Source: Geosiphon pyriformis uo1
Lineage: Eukaryota; Fungi; Glomeromycota
Length of the DNA stretch: 64,000 nt
Assembly (NCBI GenBank): GCA_016748015.1
Contig: JAAOMT010000003.1
Span: 1,492,373-1,556,372, forward strand
Direction of reading: 5' to 3'
This document shows, piece by piece, positions 12,805-27,829 of this stretch (the stretch's first letter is position 1; every line of letters starts with the position of its first letter). A program made the position numbers and the translations under genes. Under the pieces are notes generated by a model. That model was not told the origin of the DNA. It searched no databases and worked only from the letters and a program-made list of their open reading frames with translations.

Positions 12805-15800
12805 AAATCCTACCATTTATCCTCATGCTGGTCATGGTTTTTTGAGATATTTTCGGATTTTTTTTTGTAATTTATCAAATTATAAGAATTTGCCGAATAA
12901 CTTGGGCAATCGCGGCATTTTTCCTTGAAAAGAAATGCAATAAAAAATGCGTTGATAAATAAATTGAGGACAAAGAATAATTTTCAAATGAACGAGATCA
13001 AAAGAAACGTTATTTCAAAATACTATTCCCTCCAATGCTTACGAAGAAATCATTGAAGTCTAAATGACAATATCATTGCGTAAGGTTATTTAAATTTCGT
13101 AATATAAAAATATTTTTAAATCCTTATATCGATTTCATTTTTTACGAATAATTTTTTTAGAAAATTTAGAACCAGAATTTCGGATACCAGTTTATAATAT
13201 AAAGAATTCTAACATTCAAAGATTGATTGCCAATCAGTAGTGAGTCTAAACTACTACCAAATAATTTTTGATAAGGTTTGAAATAAACATATGTTAAGTA
13301 ATCTGAAAAAGTTTTTAGAAAGAATAAGTTTTTTTTGCCAATTAAAATAAGTAAAATTTTTAAATTGTTCATATATTTTCTCATTATTTAAAAATTATTA
13401 AAATTTGTGTAAATCACTTGGAAAATAAATTTCTTAAAAATTTTTACATTAAATATTAATTAAAATTGGTATTTTACAACGCAAGTTGTTGATTTTTTTC
13501 ATAAAACTATATTTTAATTGAATACAAAAAGTTAGAATAATATGAATTATTGGTACATTTCGAAAAAAATTATCATGAATATCACAACAAGAAGGTGGAA
13601 TATGCGTTTTTATTGGTCAAATATAAAATATATATTTTATTTTATTTTTTATTAGTTTTAACAATGTGTAACCCAATTGTTATTTAATACAATACAACAG
13701 TAAATGTTCTAAATTAGATGTCATTTATGCACTTTTTATATGTAACCAATTACCTAAGCCAGTTGAGGCTAAACTATAGTGAATTTACAGAAACAAACTT
13801 ATCTAATACACTAATATTTTGCATAATAGCAACTAAACTATTGCTACCAGAAACTAAACCAACTATGTAGCAGTTTTGTTTATATTAAACTTAATATTAA
13901 AAGTTTGAAGCTTTCAAAGAATTATTATTCTAGCAAAAATTTTTTCAATAACAAAAGAACTTTAATTAACATTAAACATATCATCATTAAAATACAATTT
14001 TTATTATATTTTACTTTTAGATTAATTATTTTTTTGTTCAAATTATTAACAACTTTTTTAAAATGTCAATATTCTTTTAATTATAAGAATTTTTTCTTTT
14101 ACTTTAATATTCAAAGAAAAAAACACTCACTAACTTTGTAGTTAAAACAACCAAAAACCAGTAAATTCAATAATAGATCTAACTAATTCTACTAAAGCCA
14201 ACTTGAAGCTAATTACAGAATTAACAATAATAACAAAAGACAAAACCAAAAGAATTACAGTTTTAAATAAAATTTCGCATTAATAATATGATTTTTCAAA
14301 AATCTTCAGACTAATTAAAGACTTAAAAAAAGACTTTAAAGAATAAAAAAAGGACATTTTGCTTTTAAAAGCCAATTAATTTGAATTTTAATATCTAACC
14401 ATTTTTAATAGCCAAAAGTTTTTTATTAGATATGATTTTTTCTTAGGATATTAGTCTTAACAATAGTATTATCTAATTTAGCTTGAAAACAAAAATATAT
14501 TTTAATTACTAAGTAGAATTGAAAGATTAAAAAATAAAACAGATATGATTACATACTTAGAAAACAAACTATTAATTTTAAAACAATATATTTAAAAAAA
14601 AATTATTAATTTAGCTTTAAAAATATTTCTTAAAATGATAATTTTTTTAATAAAAACTAAGCAACAAACCAAACCAACATCAAAATTGAAATAAATAACA
14701 ACATATTGCTATTAATTAACAAACTTTAACTTAACACTAAAAACTTTCCCAAAAATACTTAAGACATTTCTAATATTATTTACTCTAGTGGCTAACAAAA
14801 CATTATTCAAAACAATAGCAGCAGAAATAAAAAAACCATGTTAAAACTAAAATACACTCTTAATATAAGATAATTTAATTTTAACAATTTTATTAAATAC
14901 CAAAATAAAAATTATTTACTCAAAAATTTTTTAACAACCCATAAATATTTTCCAGATATCACAGTATTTCTAAAAAACAAGGAAGAAGAAAGTGTTTTAG
15001 TTTCTATTGAATTAACTTAATTTTTAAGATTAAATAAATTAATAAACTAATTAGTTGAAGTTGCATATAAAAATGCGATTTGTTTATTTTTTAAACAAAT
15101 AAAAATTGACTAAAATTCAATGTATTAACTTAATTATATATTAATTAGAACTAACTTGGCAGATATGTTACTGCTACTATTACCTAAATAAAGAAAGAAA
15201 CTGTTGTTTACAACCAGATTAAAGCCAATATTTCATTTTTTATAAGAAAAATGATGAAATTACTTTGATCCTTTGGTTTTTTTAGTTATTTGAACAAATA
15301 TAAGAAGAATAATAACTCGACTATTAATTGCTGTTAAAAGTTCTAAAAAATTTTTATGAGAGTGGTAATTATACTAGAACTGGTCTTAATCGACTACTTA
15401 AAAAAATTTCAGAATAAGAAAAGACTTTATTCAAAGCCAAAAAAAGCTCTATTGATAGCTAAAAACTGCTTTGTATTTATATTATTTAAAAAAAACATCT
15501 TCAAAAAAAACTGCTTAGTTAACTCTACCATAAAAAAACTTCTTAAGTATTAGAACTGGTTAAAACAATAAAAAAAAGTGTGTGTTTTTTTTGTTTTAAG
15601 AGTAATCATAAAAATATAAAAGAGAAAAATTTCTATTTTATTTTAACTTATTAAATGATATTTAATTAAATTTCAATTTTATTTAATTAGTAATTATTTT
15701 TATCAATAAACAGCTTTAAATGCACGTAATTTGAATTTTAAAGCTAATAAACCAGATTTGTACAATGTATATTAATTAAAAAAGCACACATAGAATCAAC

Positions 15801-16522
15801 AATACAAAACAAAAATTTGAATGTAAAATAAACAAAGACCAAAAGTTTTTTTGGAGTGTTAAAGAATAAATATGATAACATAATTTACATTGAGATTTCA
15901 CATAAATATTGAACCTATAGTTAAAACATTATCATATTGTATAATGCAAAAAACTACATTCAAATTTATATAACACAGCTATTATTAATAACTTAAAGCA
16001 AAATAATAGCACATAACTATATTAACTTAATGACTTTTTATTGTTGTAATTATATTTGCCACAACAAACAGTTGTAACATAAAAATATAATCAGATTCAT
16101 TAATCTATGCATAAATACAAAAGATTTGTGCATTGTAATTAATTTATTTAACAATACAACTTTTTGATTACATGAAAAAAAATCAAAACCTTTATTTAAT
16201 TAACAAATTAACTTTTAATTTGTTTATTAAAATTCATTACAGCAATTCTGTTTTAATTTTTATTAATTTTGAGTTTAAATATTGCTTATGTGTATATTAA
16301 CCAGTTGATTACAATAAATCAATAAATATTTTGATTTTTTTAATTTGTATGCAAAATCAACAACTTTGATCTATTATGCATATTTCTTTTGTTCATGTTA
16401 CAAAAATCAATTTTTTTCTTGTTACAAATATATGATTTCATTTACATCTTGCCTTTTTCACGATTTAATACTTACTTTATCATTTTTTCAGATTGTAACA
16501 AAAAGTTTTTGGAAATCTACAT

Positions 16523-17045
16523 TCAATTATTTTGGCAAAATAAATTATTCTTTAATAATTTAAATGAGCAAGTTTCAAAATTTTGATTTCTTACGTTTGT
16601 GACGGGCGTATTAATGATCCCAAGGTCGTCTTCTATATTCTCATGAGAATCATAATTTTTTTCACATAAACCCTGATCAGAAATTATGAATAAAATGTCA
16701 GAAAAATCAATTTCTCTAGGCTGATTGAGGTAAATATTTTTTATGATTTTATTTATGCCATTCGAAAAAGAAGCTTTAATAAATTGAATTTTCTTCACCC
16801 AAAAAATTAGGCATGCTCTTAAATGAAGGGGAAGGATAATCGATCTAATGAATTATTAAGCTAGAGTCCTTCATTTTGGGTTTTGGTGAACTTTCTATCT
16901 TATTAAAAATTAATTTGTCATTTTCTGACCCATTGAATGATTTTAAGGAAGCGTCTTGTTTATAAATGAATGAAACTGGCGTCTTAAAAACAAAAGTATT
17001 TAGATGAAAAGACAGTAAAATATAAAATAAGCTACTTAGTTTCAT
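16523..17045 (-). pseudogene. Truncated 5' fragment (signal peptide plus acidic pro-region) of a secreted gene, probably lipase family
   Basis: MKLSSLFYILLSFHLNTFVFKTPV signal-like start and N/S/D/E-rich segment like the pro-regions of L2/L6/L8; stop at 16845, then runs into AT-rich DNA. Confidence 0.45.
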
Positions 17046-17390
17046 TTTTTATTGACTTTAACGGTTGACTTGAAGTAAAACACTTTTTTTTCGCATTTTA
17101 AATTTTTCGTAGTACTAAAACATCTCATTGTTTATTTGCTCCCCGTCAAAGACTTTTAAGGCAGGGGTTGTTCAGTTTTTAGTTGGGTTTTTATTACCAA
17201 ATTAAGAAGTGATAATTCGACTCGCCTCTTGGTTCCTGATTATGGTCTATCAGTCGAGATCCAAGATTCATGAAATCATCGTTAACTGAAAATGATTGCC
17301 AAGGGATGAAACGTAAAGGATTACTTTTAAACGCGTTTATTTTTAATGAACAAAAATTAAAAATTCTCAATAATTTATCATTACTAGTTA

Positions 17391-18911
17391 TTAAATTTTC
17401 GCCTTTTGTTTTTGACATTTTCCCATCGTAACCCCGAAATAAGGACCAACATGGTTTACTAATGAAGCATTTATCTGTGAATTTATGCATCCCTACATAA
17501 TATCATATGAATACAACTCAATCAACAAAGTTTTAGTTTATAGCTATCTGAACTCAAAAGCCTTGATATTCCAAAACACTTACATTACTTTCACCAAGCA
17601 TGAATGGACAGCTATATGCCTTTTGATTATCTTTTTCTTTTATCCAAATCTCCTTTCCAGGATGTTGATATTGTATTTCTATATTTTCCGCAGGATTTTC
17701 AAATTTAACTGGGTTTCGAGGAACATAATCATCTGCATAGGTCACTCGCCAAGTATTAACCATACTTTCAGCATATAAGACGAACTCCTGATTTCCAATA
17801 CGAGGCATTCCATATGTGTAGACATTTGTCACAATTGGTCTTGAAATAAGTTTGGTTTTTTGAATCGCTATAGCGGCTAGTAAGGCATAAACTGTATGAA
17901 AAAACCGAAGAAACTTGATTAGCTTCAAAAAAAAGTAAGAAAGAAATGAAATGAAACGAATAAAGCAATGCTTTTATCTTTCAATTACCACCACCCATGC
18001 TAAATCCAGTAAAATTAAAAGTATAGCCCTGGGTGAACTTTAACACTATGTTATTCAAAACATTTAATAAACTTTTTACGGCGGCAGGACTAAAACTCTC
18101 CGAAACTAATTTATTAATTTTCACATTTGCTTCTTGTTCAAATGGTACGAGATTTGTTTGATCATGAATGTATTTTTGGAGTTTTTTTTCATCTCCATAA
18201 AAGGCGATTGTAAGTACACCTTTTTCCACGGACGGTAATACGAGAACTTAAAAGCAACAGAATAAATTTTCAAACTTTAATTTACTTAGATGATTTAAAT
18301 TCTGAAAAACTGTGATTCTAACCTTTGATATTTTTGTTTATAGAAATTATTTTGCTGCTGCAAAAAACCTCGTTTGCAATTTGAGCATTTCTCTTTAGTA
18401 TCTTCAATAACTTGTCATCTTTTGAAATTGGCCGAGCATTCTCATCGAAAATAGGATTAATAAAATTTTCTGATATTGTTAAAGGTTCTAAAATATTGAA
18501 GTAATCTTTTGATATATTCTGCTGCTCAACTGGTAAATTTATATTTTGAAGGTTTAGAAGTGGAACTGTAAAATATGATGTAGATTCGGAAATACTGAAA
18601 TCATTTTCGTATGAATTTGGTGTTTCCGAATTCAGTATGTTGCTTGATGACAAGTGATCGTTAGGTAACTTGTTTTGGAAGATTTCTAATGCTAATTTAT
18701 TTTCATCTGATTCTTCATTAAAAATTTCGGAATCATTATTGAAGAGTGTCTCGGTCTTATTTTTGATTGAAAATAAAACTTCATTATAAAAGCTTGGGCT
18801 ATAGATATTTTCATCTCTTTCTGAATTCCTTTTATCGTTTTTTGTCATAGGAAAGGCGCCAGTTTTTAAAAATACTACTACCACCAATAATAACCATAGA
18901 CTGATTTCCAT
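17391..18911 (-). CDS. Secreted class 3 lipase with Ser-Asp-His retained (L2); exons 18911-18323, 18246-17989, 17891-17584, 17492-17391
   Basis: Signal peptide MEISLWLLLVVVVFLKTGA, long acidic pro-region, ANEVFC, FTGFSMGG (Ser at 17999-18001), YTYGMPRIGNQEF, RVTYADDYVP, NHVGPYFGVTMGKC. Intact frame. Confidence 0.9.
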
Positions 18912-19600
18912 CTTTATCAGTGTAAATCGAGAGGATTAAGAATTGATAGAATATCTGTTAGGATTTTCTCTTCCCAATCCTCGTTCCTATTTCAAGTTTT
19001 ATTTACAACTTTGCCATAATAATTCAAAACTATTCAGGAGATTGAAGATTAACTTGGCTCGAACTAATTAATGAGTTGATAGAAACGGCAAACGTTTAAG
19101 ATGTTTTTTTTTATTAATTACAAAACTTTATCAAATGAAGTAATTATTATTGAACGTTTCATAACTTATCAAATTATTAAGACTCACATTACCTGCATGA
19201 TTATTTAAAAGCCAAAGGGAAATACATGTACATAAAAATAAAAAAATTTTCCGAAATTTGTTTCGTGAACAAATCGACAAAATATTCAAACATCCGAAAA
19301 TCTTTGCCGATAGGAATTTAAAATGAATAACAGATAGAAAAAAACACTTATGAATTTGATAAATAAAAAACCTAGAAGAATGTTTTGCATGAAAATTAGA
19401 TGTTGAAGAAGCTGTGAATCTAATCAGGTTTTGTATTACTCATTAAATAATCTTGATTCATGATTTTTATCATATCGTTTAAATTATTTTTTTGAATTGA
19501 TTTTTTTCTTCAACTACATCTATTTGAATTTTAAATTACCATATTGCTAATTTTTTAGTTTTCGAATATTCGAAATTATAAAAAAAGACTCCTGGATTCT

Positions 19601-20956
19601 TTAAATAGGATATAAATTATGACATGTTCCAAAATATGGTCCATAATGTGCCGTGTTACTTTGTCCTTTCGTTGAAAGATTACAATCCTAAAAATAAAAG
19701 GACTAGTTTTTTGAGTTATCTAATTATTTCAGAAAAATTCTTCTCTTTCAAAAGAATATAATTTTTTTTTAAATATTACCACATTTTCAATAAATTCTTT
19801 ACTTCTTGTGCTTCAAGGGCATTCAAAAATTTCATAAGGCTCTTCGCTACTTGAATAAACCTGGCAGTCACAATTTTTTAGCTATCTAATACTCTGTCTC
19901 ATGATGCATAATCTTCAAGCGGAGCATAACTTCTCGTTGTTGTTGGGGAACGTGATCGTTTGTATGAGTGACGCGATATATAGGAAACAATTTGTTTATA
20001 AAATTAGCGTATTAATTATTAGCCATCCTTGGTTGACCAAAAGTGACGACAGTTACATCTAAGCTGTTTCCTGATTGATTTTTTGTTCTAAATTTAATAT
20101 TTAAAGATACTGAGAATGCCATCATTGCGAGTAAAACTGCATATACTGGATCAAAAAAATAAATAAAATGAAATTGAAATAGCAAGTAATATTTGTTTAA
20201 ACAAAAATATTTTAATTTTACCTCCACCAACTCCATGCCCAGTAAGAATTATTTTATAAAGTTTTTCCCTTTATATATTTGCTCAAATTGTTAATTCTTG
20301 CAATCATTCTATCCTTGATTTTATTAGTTTTCAGCCGTAGCCACTCAGAATCCACAGAGATTTCTTTGTAAGGTTCAAATTTTGTAAAAGAAAATTTTCT
20401 TGCATCCCATTGTTTCCTAGTCAATTCCTTTCCCCTCGCATATACAATTATCGCCTGTAATTCTTCATCTATCACTGCATCAGCTGATTCAAAAAATGAT
20501 TATTAACTTCCTGAAAGTGTCATTATGGTGGGTCTTGAAATAGAAATAAATATTTTAGAAAATACCTATATATTTTGGCTCGTCACCATCTATATAATAA
20601 TCTGAAAAGCAGTAAGCTCGGTTGGCATGATGCGCGATCATTTTTAAAAAACTTAAGGTTTCTACATTGGTGACCAATTTTTTGTTCGACAAATTTTTTA
20701 TACTTTTGCCAAACCCTCGTGATGGCCCCATAGCAGTTTTTCTTTCGTGAATTGGGGATGAATATGTGATTGAAGGGGAATTGTCCTAATCTTTTTATTC
20801 AAGAAATTTCGATTTGAATTTTTCTGTGAAATTTGGGTCTCGTTTGATTTCAAAGAAAAAACTCTTGTGCAGATTGTAAAATAATTAAATTTTTAAGAAA
20901 TATTAAAATGAATGTTGCGGTAACGATAAAAAACTTAAAAGAATCCAAAATTTCAT
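19601..20956 (-). pseudogene. Lipase_3-fold pseudogene, Gly-type (L3), close paralog of L1
   Basis: GPSRGFG..LVTN..ANRAYC, ELTRKQWDARKF, LTGHGVGG, VVTFGQPRMAN, NCDC, AHYGPYFG; several stops and frameshifts. Confidence 0.88.
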
Positions 20957-22365
20957 AATGTGAGAAAATAAATGTATTAATATGATAGGAAATCAGAGAA
21001 AATTTTACACTCCAAATTTTTTACCAGCCTGGCTAGAATCGAAGACTATTTTGTATTTTTAATGACCGGTATCGGATAAACACTCTATGATTACTTAATG
21101 ATGTTCTTTTTTCACAATGAAAAGGTTATCGCGCGGAATTATTGCTTTATCTTTCGTTTAATTACCGTGGAGATGTCCTGTCTACTAACTTTTGAAGATA
21201 ACCACGTAGGCAAAATTTTATTTAGACATTTTTACTGCCTTATTTTTAGCCCATAGATATCTTTGAATGTAACCTTGATTATAAAAGAATTTTAAGCCCA
21301 ATTTATTTCAGACGCTAAAAATCTATTCTTTTTAGACGATAAGAAAATGATTATTTCAAACTTCAAATGAATTTTTAAGTAATGAACAATTTAAGCCGAT
21401 GGGCTGCTCGAAAATGGGAATTCATCCTTTGTACAGAGGTCAACTAATTTTCTAGAAACCCAAATCAGATTTGTGATAAAAGATTTTATGATAATCTGAA
21501 GAAAATTTAAAATGTGTCCTCTTTTAAAAATCTCTGATTTTTTAAAATACCTATTTACTCAAAAAATGAAGTAATCAATGTATTCTTGGCTGAAACTGAA
21601 CATGATATTTAACTCACCTTTTCAATATTTTAATATCACAAGTTATTCCAAGTTGATAGTAAAATAAAAGAAATAAAAATTAGTCCAAGCTCATAGGAAA
21701 ACCCTAGCTTGTTAACTTGAAGGTGAGGAGGAGACAAATTTATTTATTCAAAATTTGTTATTTTTCCTCATTCATGAGGGATAATAAATATTCCAGATAG
21801 TTATATATTTCTATCATTAAGTTTAAAAAAATATTTGTTCCCGAAAGGCTTTAGTTGTATTGGAAGTTTTTTATATTGCCTTTTTTTACTTCATTGATAT
21901 AGTTTTTTGGGAAACTATAAAACTTTCTCATATTTGATAAATTTATGGAAACTATCCAAAGAGCTAATAAAGTTTGCCTGCAGATATTCTGTTGGACCGA
22001 ATCTAAATTCTAAATTCTAAATTCAACCTATACATGTTATAAAAATATATTCTTATGTCATTTGGAAGCGTTATTTGCCATTTTAATGCGAGAACTTACA
22101 AAAGAGAAACGTCAAGCTACATTTATAAGTATTTGGAAAATCTTGAAACAATTGATCAATTGATCCAGTTTCTAAACTTCAGATAAAATTTTAATTAAAC
22201 TAATAAATGTATATATTCTTAATCTTATCGTGAAAACTTCCACTTTCCTAAAAATTAAATCCAAAAATTCGTTTTGTTTTCACTTGATTTCTTTGATTTA
22301 CGCCGCCGTTTGGTTTTACCTGTTTTTATAAACTATTAAAGTTAAAGCAGCTGAGATCAAAAAGT

Positions 22366-23319
22366 ATGAGCCCTGTTTCCTGAATGGAAAATTCTCAGAA
22401 TCCGGATCAATCTTTTGGTATTAAAATCATCGATACTCGATCTAATTATAGTTCCTGAATTATAAATTTATTAAATACTATAAACTTCAACCTAGAAACA
22501 CCTCACATAAATTTGAGACTCAACCAAAAGGGTTTCAAATTAATCAGTTTTCATCACAAGACTCAAACCTTTTTCAAGATTTTGACCACAAAATTCTTGC
22601 ACCAAGTTTAACTTTGGTCCAAACACAAATAAATCAAGAAAACTATTAATTTGAAAAAATTTCAACCACCATCTTCTAATCATATTTTACCAGATAATAA
22701 AATATACGAAAAACCAGAGCGCCATGCAAACTTTGCGAAATCAGATTATTGCCTTTCCGAAAGTAAAAGTGATTTGGAGGTGGAATTCATGATATATTTT
22801 ACCTTTTTAACAGTTTTTATTTCAATCCTTTTGACATTAAAGCCCCGAAACCATTTATAGGACTCGCAAGCTTAGTAGAGATGGGCAAATGGTGTAAACA
22901 TGCCAAAAGAAAACATTATTGCTTTGAAACCCCAAAACTTTTATAGTATTTCCTTTGAAACTCGATTGACTCGGCCACAGATTGATGAGTTCCTAGAACT
23001 TTCGGGTGTTACAGGGGCACTTTTTAATCGACAAATTTAGGAGGAAATTCAGCCAGCATTTGGGATAAAATGCTTAGTAATGGGTGGCCTATTCGGATCA
23101 TTGGAGATAGTTTCGCTTGTGGTAAGATCTAAATAAGTTTCTTTGTTGAACTTTGAATTTAGATAGACCTATTAAACCATATTAGTATTGTAATTATAAT
23201 GACCAAAATTTAGACCTTATTTTGGCACCTATATGGGCAATTGCTTGGGAGAAAATCTTTTTAAAAAATCTCCAATACCACTTTTTAAACCTATTTTTGG
23301 ACCTCATTGGTCTTTATAA
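22366..23319 (+). pseudogene. Internally deleted lipase-family pseudogene (L4)
   Basis: RHANFAKSDYC helix at ~22720 and terminal PYFGTYMGNC at ~23215. No nucleophile-elbow or TFGxPR exon is recognisable; stops present. Confidence 0.7.
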
Positions 23320-23597
23320 ATTAAAATTGACTGCAGTGAAAATATTAATTGAATTTTTTTATTTTATTCCTTTTTCTTAATATTATATAAACCTAAATTA
23401 TCCCATTTTGCGATTATTAAATTTCTTATATTAAATAAATCATTACAAATAACCAATAATTTGAGTTAATCTAGAATTTCTTAAAATTTAATTCTTTGCG
23501 TGGATTTCTTTGAATATCGTACCATTTGAATATTCATAATTCACATTTTTATTAAAATAAATCTGCTGAAAACTTTTTAAGAGATATTTTTAATGGT

Positions 23598-24985
23598 TTA
23601 AAAAGAAGGCATAGACGCGAAATTTGCGCAATCTCGGAAAGTTGTTTGAAAATATGGGCCATAATGAACTGATTCCCCCCTTCCATCAGTTCCGTAGTTG
23701 CAATCCTGTTATTATAAAATAAAATATCAAAAATGGTACTTCTCGCAAGCAAAACTTAAATAATTCTTACCATACTCTCTCCAACTCTGTCAAGATCATG
23801 ATTCTAAAACGCGGGACACACATACACTTGAAACTGGCCCGAATTTGTTTCATTTTTCATATATCCCTTATCATTTTCTGCAACAACTATACAATTGCAA
23901 TCTCTTGTAATCCAGTATTCAATTTCATAATTTTTGGTTGATGAGGGACATGATCATTTTCATGAGTTACCAGCAAAAATTTTATTTGGCTCCTATTGAG
24001 ATATTTTATAAATCTGATGTCTCCAATTTTCGGTTCACTAAATGTTACAACTGTCCAGTTGATTGTTTGATTTTTACTTATAGTGAGCGGAGTTGTTGAT
24101 GCTACTTGTGAAAACATCTTTCTGCATAAGTGCAGTCATTATTGCATATACTAAAAAGAAGTTTTTTTTTTGAAATAAAGCCTTGAAACTTTAGTGAAAA
24201 TCTAATTAAAAAGTTTTATCACAAATTGAAAATAAGCTACACCTCCCCCAATTCCATGTCCAGTCAAAATTATTGTAAGATCTTCATTTTCATTTTTTCC
24301 CTCGTAAAATCAAGAATCGCCTTTTCAACTCAAGATTTCATCCCAAATGATATGTTCCATCCTTCAGTATTCATCAAAGCACCCGGAGCTTTATCATTTT
24401 TCCCAAAATAGTGATAGATTAGGACGATGACGTTTCCATTCCTGGCGTGAAATTTTCTTGTATTTGCGAAGGAAATAATCATTTGACTACTCTTTGGAGG
24501 TTCTATGTAGTCAGCTATATCGTAAAGTGGAAAACCAAGAATATAAGGACGCTGTATATTTTTAATCAAAAAATTACTTGATCGATATTTAATCATAATG
24601 AGAATATCACAAAAATACTACATCGGAAATTCCTTTACCAATTCGATTATCTTGAGGAAAACAATAAGCACGATTAGCATAGGATGCCATTCTTTCAAAA
24701 AAAATTAAGATATTTGAGTCAGTCACTTCAAGTCTTGGGGGTGGAACTTTCCTTAAACCCCGAAAACTTTTCAAAACAAAATCTTTGGGATTGTATCTTG
24801 AATCGGAAAGAAGAATTGGATGTGATTCTTCTAACGATTTAGGAGAGTCAGACTTTTTATTATCAATTAACTTTTCTAAATTTTGTATTCGATCATTTAA
24901 TGAGATTCCCTCTTCATTAATAGCAATGAAGGTTTAAAATCTGTGAAAGCCTAATTTTATGTGGGATTATTTTCAGAGATCCATA
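23598..24985 (-). pseudogene. Lipase_3-fold pseudogene, Gly-type (L5)
   Basis: MASYANRAYC, LTGHGIGG (24253-24255), VVTFSEPKIG, VTHENDHVPHQP, YWITRDCNC, last exon DCNYGTDG..VHYGPYFQ; multiple frameshifts and stops. Confidence 0.87.
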
Positions 24986-25489
24986 AACCTGAATTTTATG
25001 TTATCGAATTTTGTAAATGAATTATCAGTTCCAGAACTAATTAATCAGGAAAATTGAAACAATTGGGGTTTAATTCAGTTTTATATTAATATCAACTATA
25101 TAGCCAATCAATTAGACCTAATATTGATCATTCAATTGTTTGGTAATTAAATTTGTTCTTTAATAATTCATAATTTACTTTAAACTTCTAAAATTTGATC
25201 TTTTCTGTTAATTATATAAACAAAATTATTCTTCTTTTTTCTTATAAATTGTGTCAATAAAATTAAATGACTTGAATAGTAATAAAATTATATTATAATA
25301 TATTTATAAGGTATTCTTTTATTTTTTAGATTGAGACTATTATCCCAAAATTCATCCTCTTAATTAAATATTTTTTTTGCTTTCTTTCTTTCTTATTTGA
25401 TTTTCTTATTATTCTCTCTGCTATTTGCTACCTGTTGTTTTAGCAAGTAATAATATTAAACCAGTTTGAACTTTTAAGGACGCTAAAAA

Positions 25490-27067
25490 TTATTTGCAAT
25501 TGCCCATCATTACTCCGAAATATGGACCATTGTGTATGTTTGCATACTCGGGATGCTTAATTGAATAATCCGGATTAGAATTAAGTGAACAGGTCTATAA
25601 AAAAGTTGGAAATGATTAAATGTTTTTTTTACTGTAAAACTATCTAACATTATGTATAAAATTTCACATACCCAATTCTCTTTCATTTTCTCTTCATTAT
25701 AGCAGACTTTGGTGATATTTGAGCTGACGATGAAGTATTCTAATGCATGATGCTTATATTTTCTATTAATTATCCATGCTTGCCACTGCACTATCCTGTC
25801 AAACCGTTGCGTAATCCTGTAAACCATTAGTTTTTTTCGTCCAATTAGAGTATTGATATAGTCTGCAAAAGCCCTATTGCCAGTACGATATTGGCCGAAT
25901 GTAAAAACTCGAATTTTTGCATATTTGAATGTTCTCATTGTGGCTAATGCGGCTAATAAAGCATATGCTGGGGCCAAAAAAATCTATTATAAGTATTTAT
26001 AGTGCAAAGTTAAACCAAGAAAACAACAAGTGCAAGCTGATAATTTTATACCAGCACCAATGCTATGACCTGAAAAGTGAAAATCGGGCGCTAAATCCTT
26101 GCCGACAAGTTGCTTTAACTTTATTAAAATCTCCTTCTGAGATATTAAGAAGGCCTTATAAGTAAGTTCGTGAACAAAGGCATTATTTACATCGGAATAA
26201 ATTGACTTGTGAAAATCTTTTTCTTGTTCATTTGCTGGCCACTGAATTTGGTGATCTTTCTTTAAAAATTGAGGCAACATTTTTTCATCACCCCTAAATG
26301 CCACAATGATTTTGTTCGTTTGATCTTTAATCATCTTGACTTAAAAAAAAGCAATTTAAATCAAACCTAATTTTTAAGCAAGAAAATGTCAAATAAAATA
26401 GCAAATAAAATGACGTGGCAAAGACTCACAAAAAACTCCTCCCACAGACTGTGTAACGCAATAAGCTGACTTTGCATATATCGCATATTGCTTGAAAGTA
26501 TCTAAAAGATACTGAGACTCAACTGATCTTCGATTACCAAAAATGTTATCAAATAACAGATCCCTGGCTGCTTTTGGATCCTCATTCTCATTGCTTTGTT
26601 TCTCTGTTGCTATTAACATTTCAGCCAATTTTTTATGATTGTAAGGTTAAACACTAAAAAAATTGGAAGTGTGATTCTTCACCTTTATAAAAAAATGTTT
26701 CAGAGGAATCTTTATTCGAGCTACCCGTCAAGTCGCTTGATACTTCATGTTCTAAGTATAGGGATGAACTTTCTAAGAAATTCTTATCCAGCTTATTTTT
26801 ATTCCAAGCGTTTTCACTTGCATCGTCAACAGAAAGACTAAAATCATTCAAGTCCAAGCTCTCCTCTATCGAGAAAAACACAGCGTCATCTTTATTATGT
26901 TCAGGATTGTATCCAAGGCCTTCATCCAAGTTTGGTAAAGTGATTTCATTTTGTTGATATGCTTTGAGAATAGATAGTGAAATAACTTCTTGATTAGATA
27001 AAAAAATTGTTGAATAAGTTAATAAATAAAAAAGAATACGGAATAATTTTTTAATTTTCGGTTCCAT
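25490..27067 (-). pseudogene. Class 3 lipase with intact triad but a frame disruption in the pro-region at ~26645-26660 (L6)
   Basis: Signal-like N-terminus, YAKSAYC, IVAFRGDE, FSGHSIGA (Ser 26062-26064), VFTFGQYRTGN, TQRFDRIV, IHNGPYFGVMMGNC. Exon 1 is split into two out-of-frame ORFs. Confidence 0.8.
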
Positions 27068-27829
27068 TTTTAAGGGTTTTCGTTGTTTAAGATTGTGAAC
27101 AATAAATAATTTATACTTCTTAGAAAATGGATAACATCATGTGATCGATCAATAAATATCTTTCTCAAATCAATAAAATTTTTCCTTAGGCAAATATAGA
27201 GCTGAGCAATCTCAAAATCAGCCGCTTAAAGAATGATTTTCACGTTTTTAGTGATTTTAATCAGAAAAAGCTTTATTTAAAGTAAGACATATACTAAAAA
27301 ATAACCCACTCTACGCTTATAATTTAAGAGTCTATGCAAGATCAATTATGAGATGTGGTTTTTTCAAATTTTGAAGCATTTCATAATCATTATGTGAGGG
27401 TGCGTAATATTAGAGTGTTCTAATTCTTGACCGAAAACCCTAAATAACACTTAAAAATAAGACCCGATTACGTTAAACCGCATTGGTGACCCTTTACTCA
27501 ATTTATTCGTGGCTATAAACTAAAGTTTTGCGCCACCAACCACAAAGATAATTCAGTTGTCTATTTGCCTGATGCAACTGCGACTGAATATTTGTACGTT
27601 CGATTGAATATCATATTGAATGCAAAATAGAATTTCAACAGTGGCAGGAAATCTTTTGAGAAGCAAATTCAAATTAAATATATCGTTCAAAACTTTCCTC
27701 TGAATATACTGTTAATAATGGAAAAAAATCTAGAAACTTATTTGTAATTCAAATAGGCAAACACCTTGTCTCAAGCCCAATTACCTCATGAATTACGCTC
27801 CTATTTCCGGCTTTCATTCTTCATAATCT

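Noticed and set aside
15830-15960. PIF/Harbinger-like transposase motif (FFGVLK..IILYN)
   Set aside because: Too short and degenerate to support a family call.
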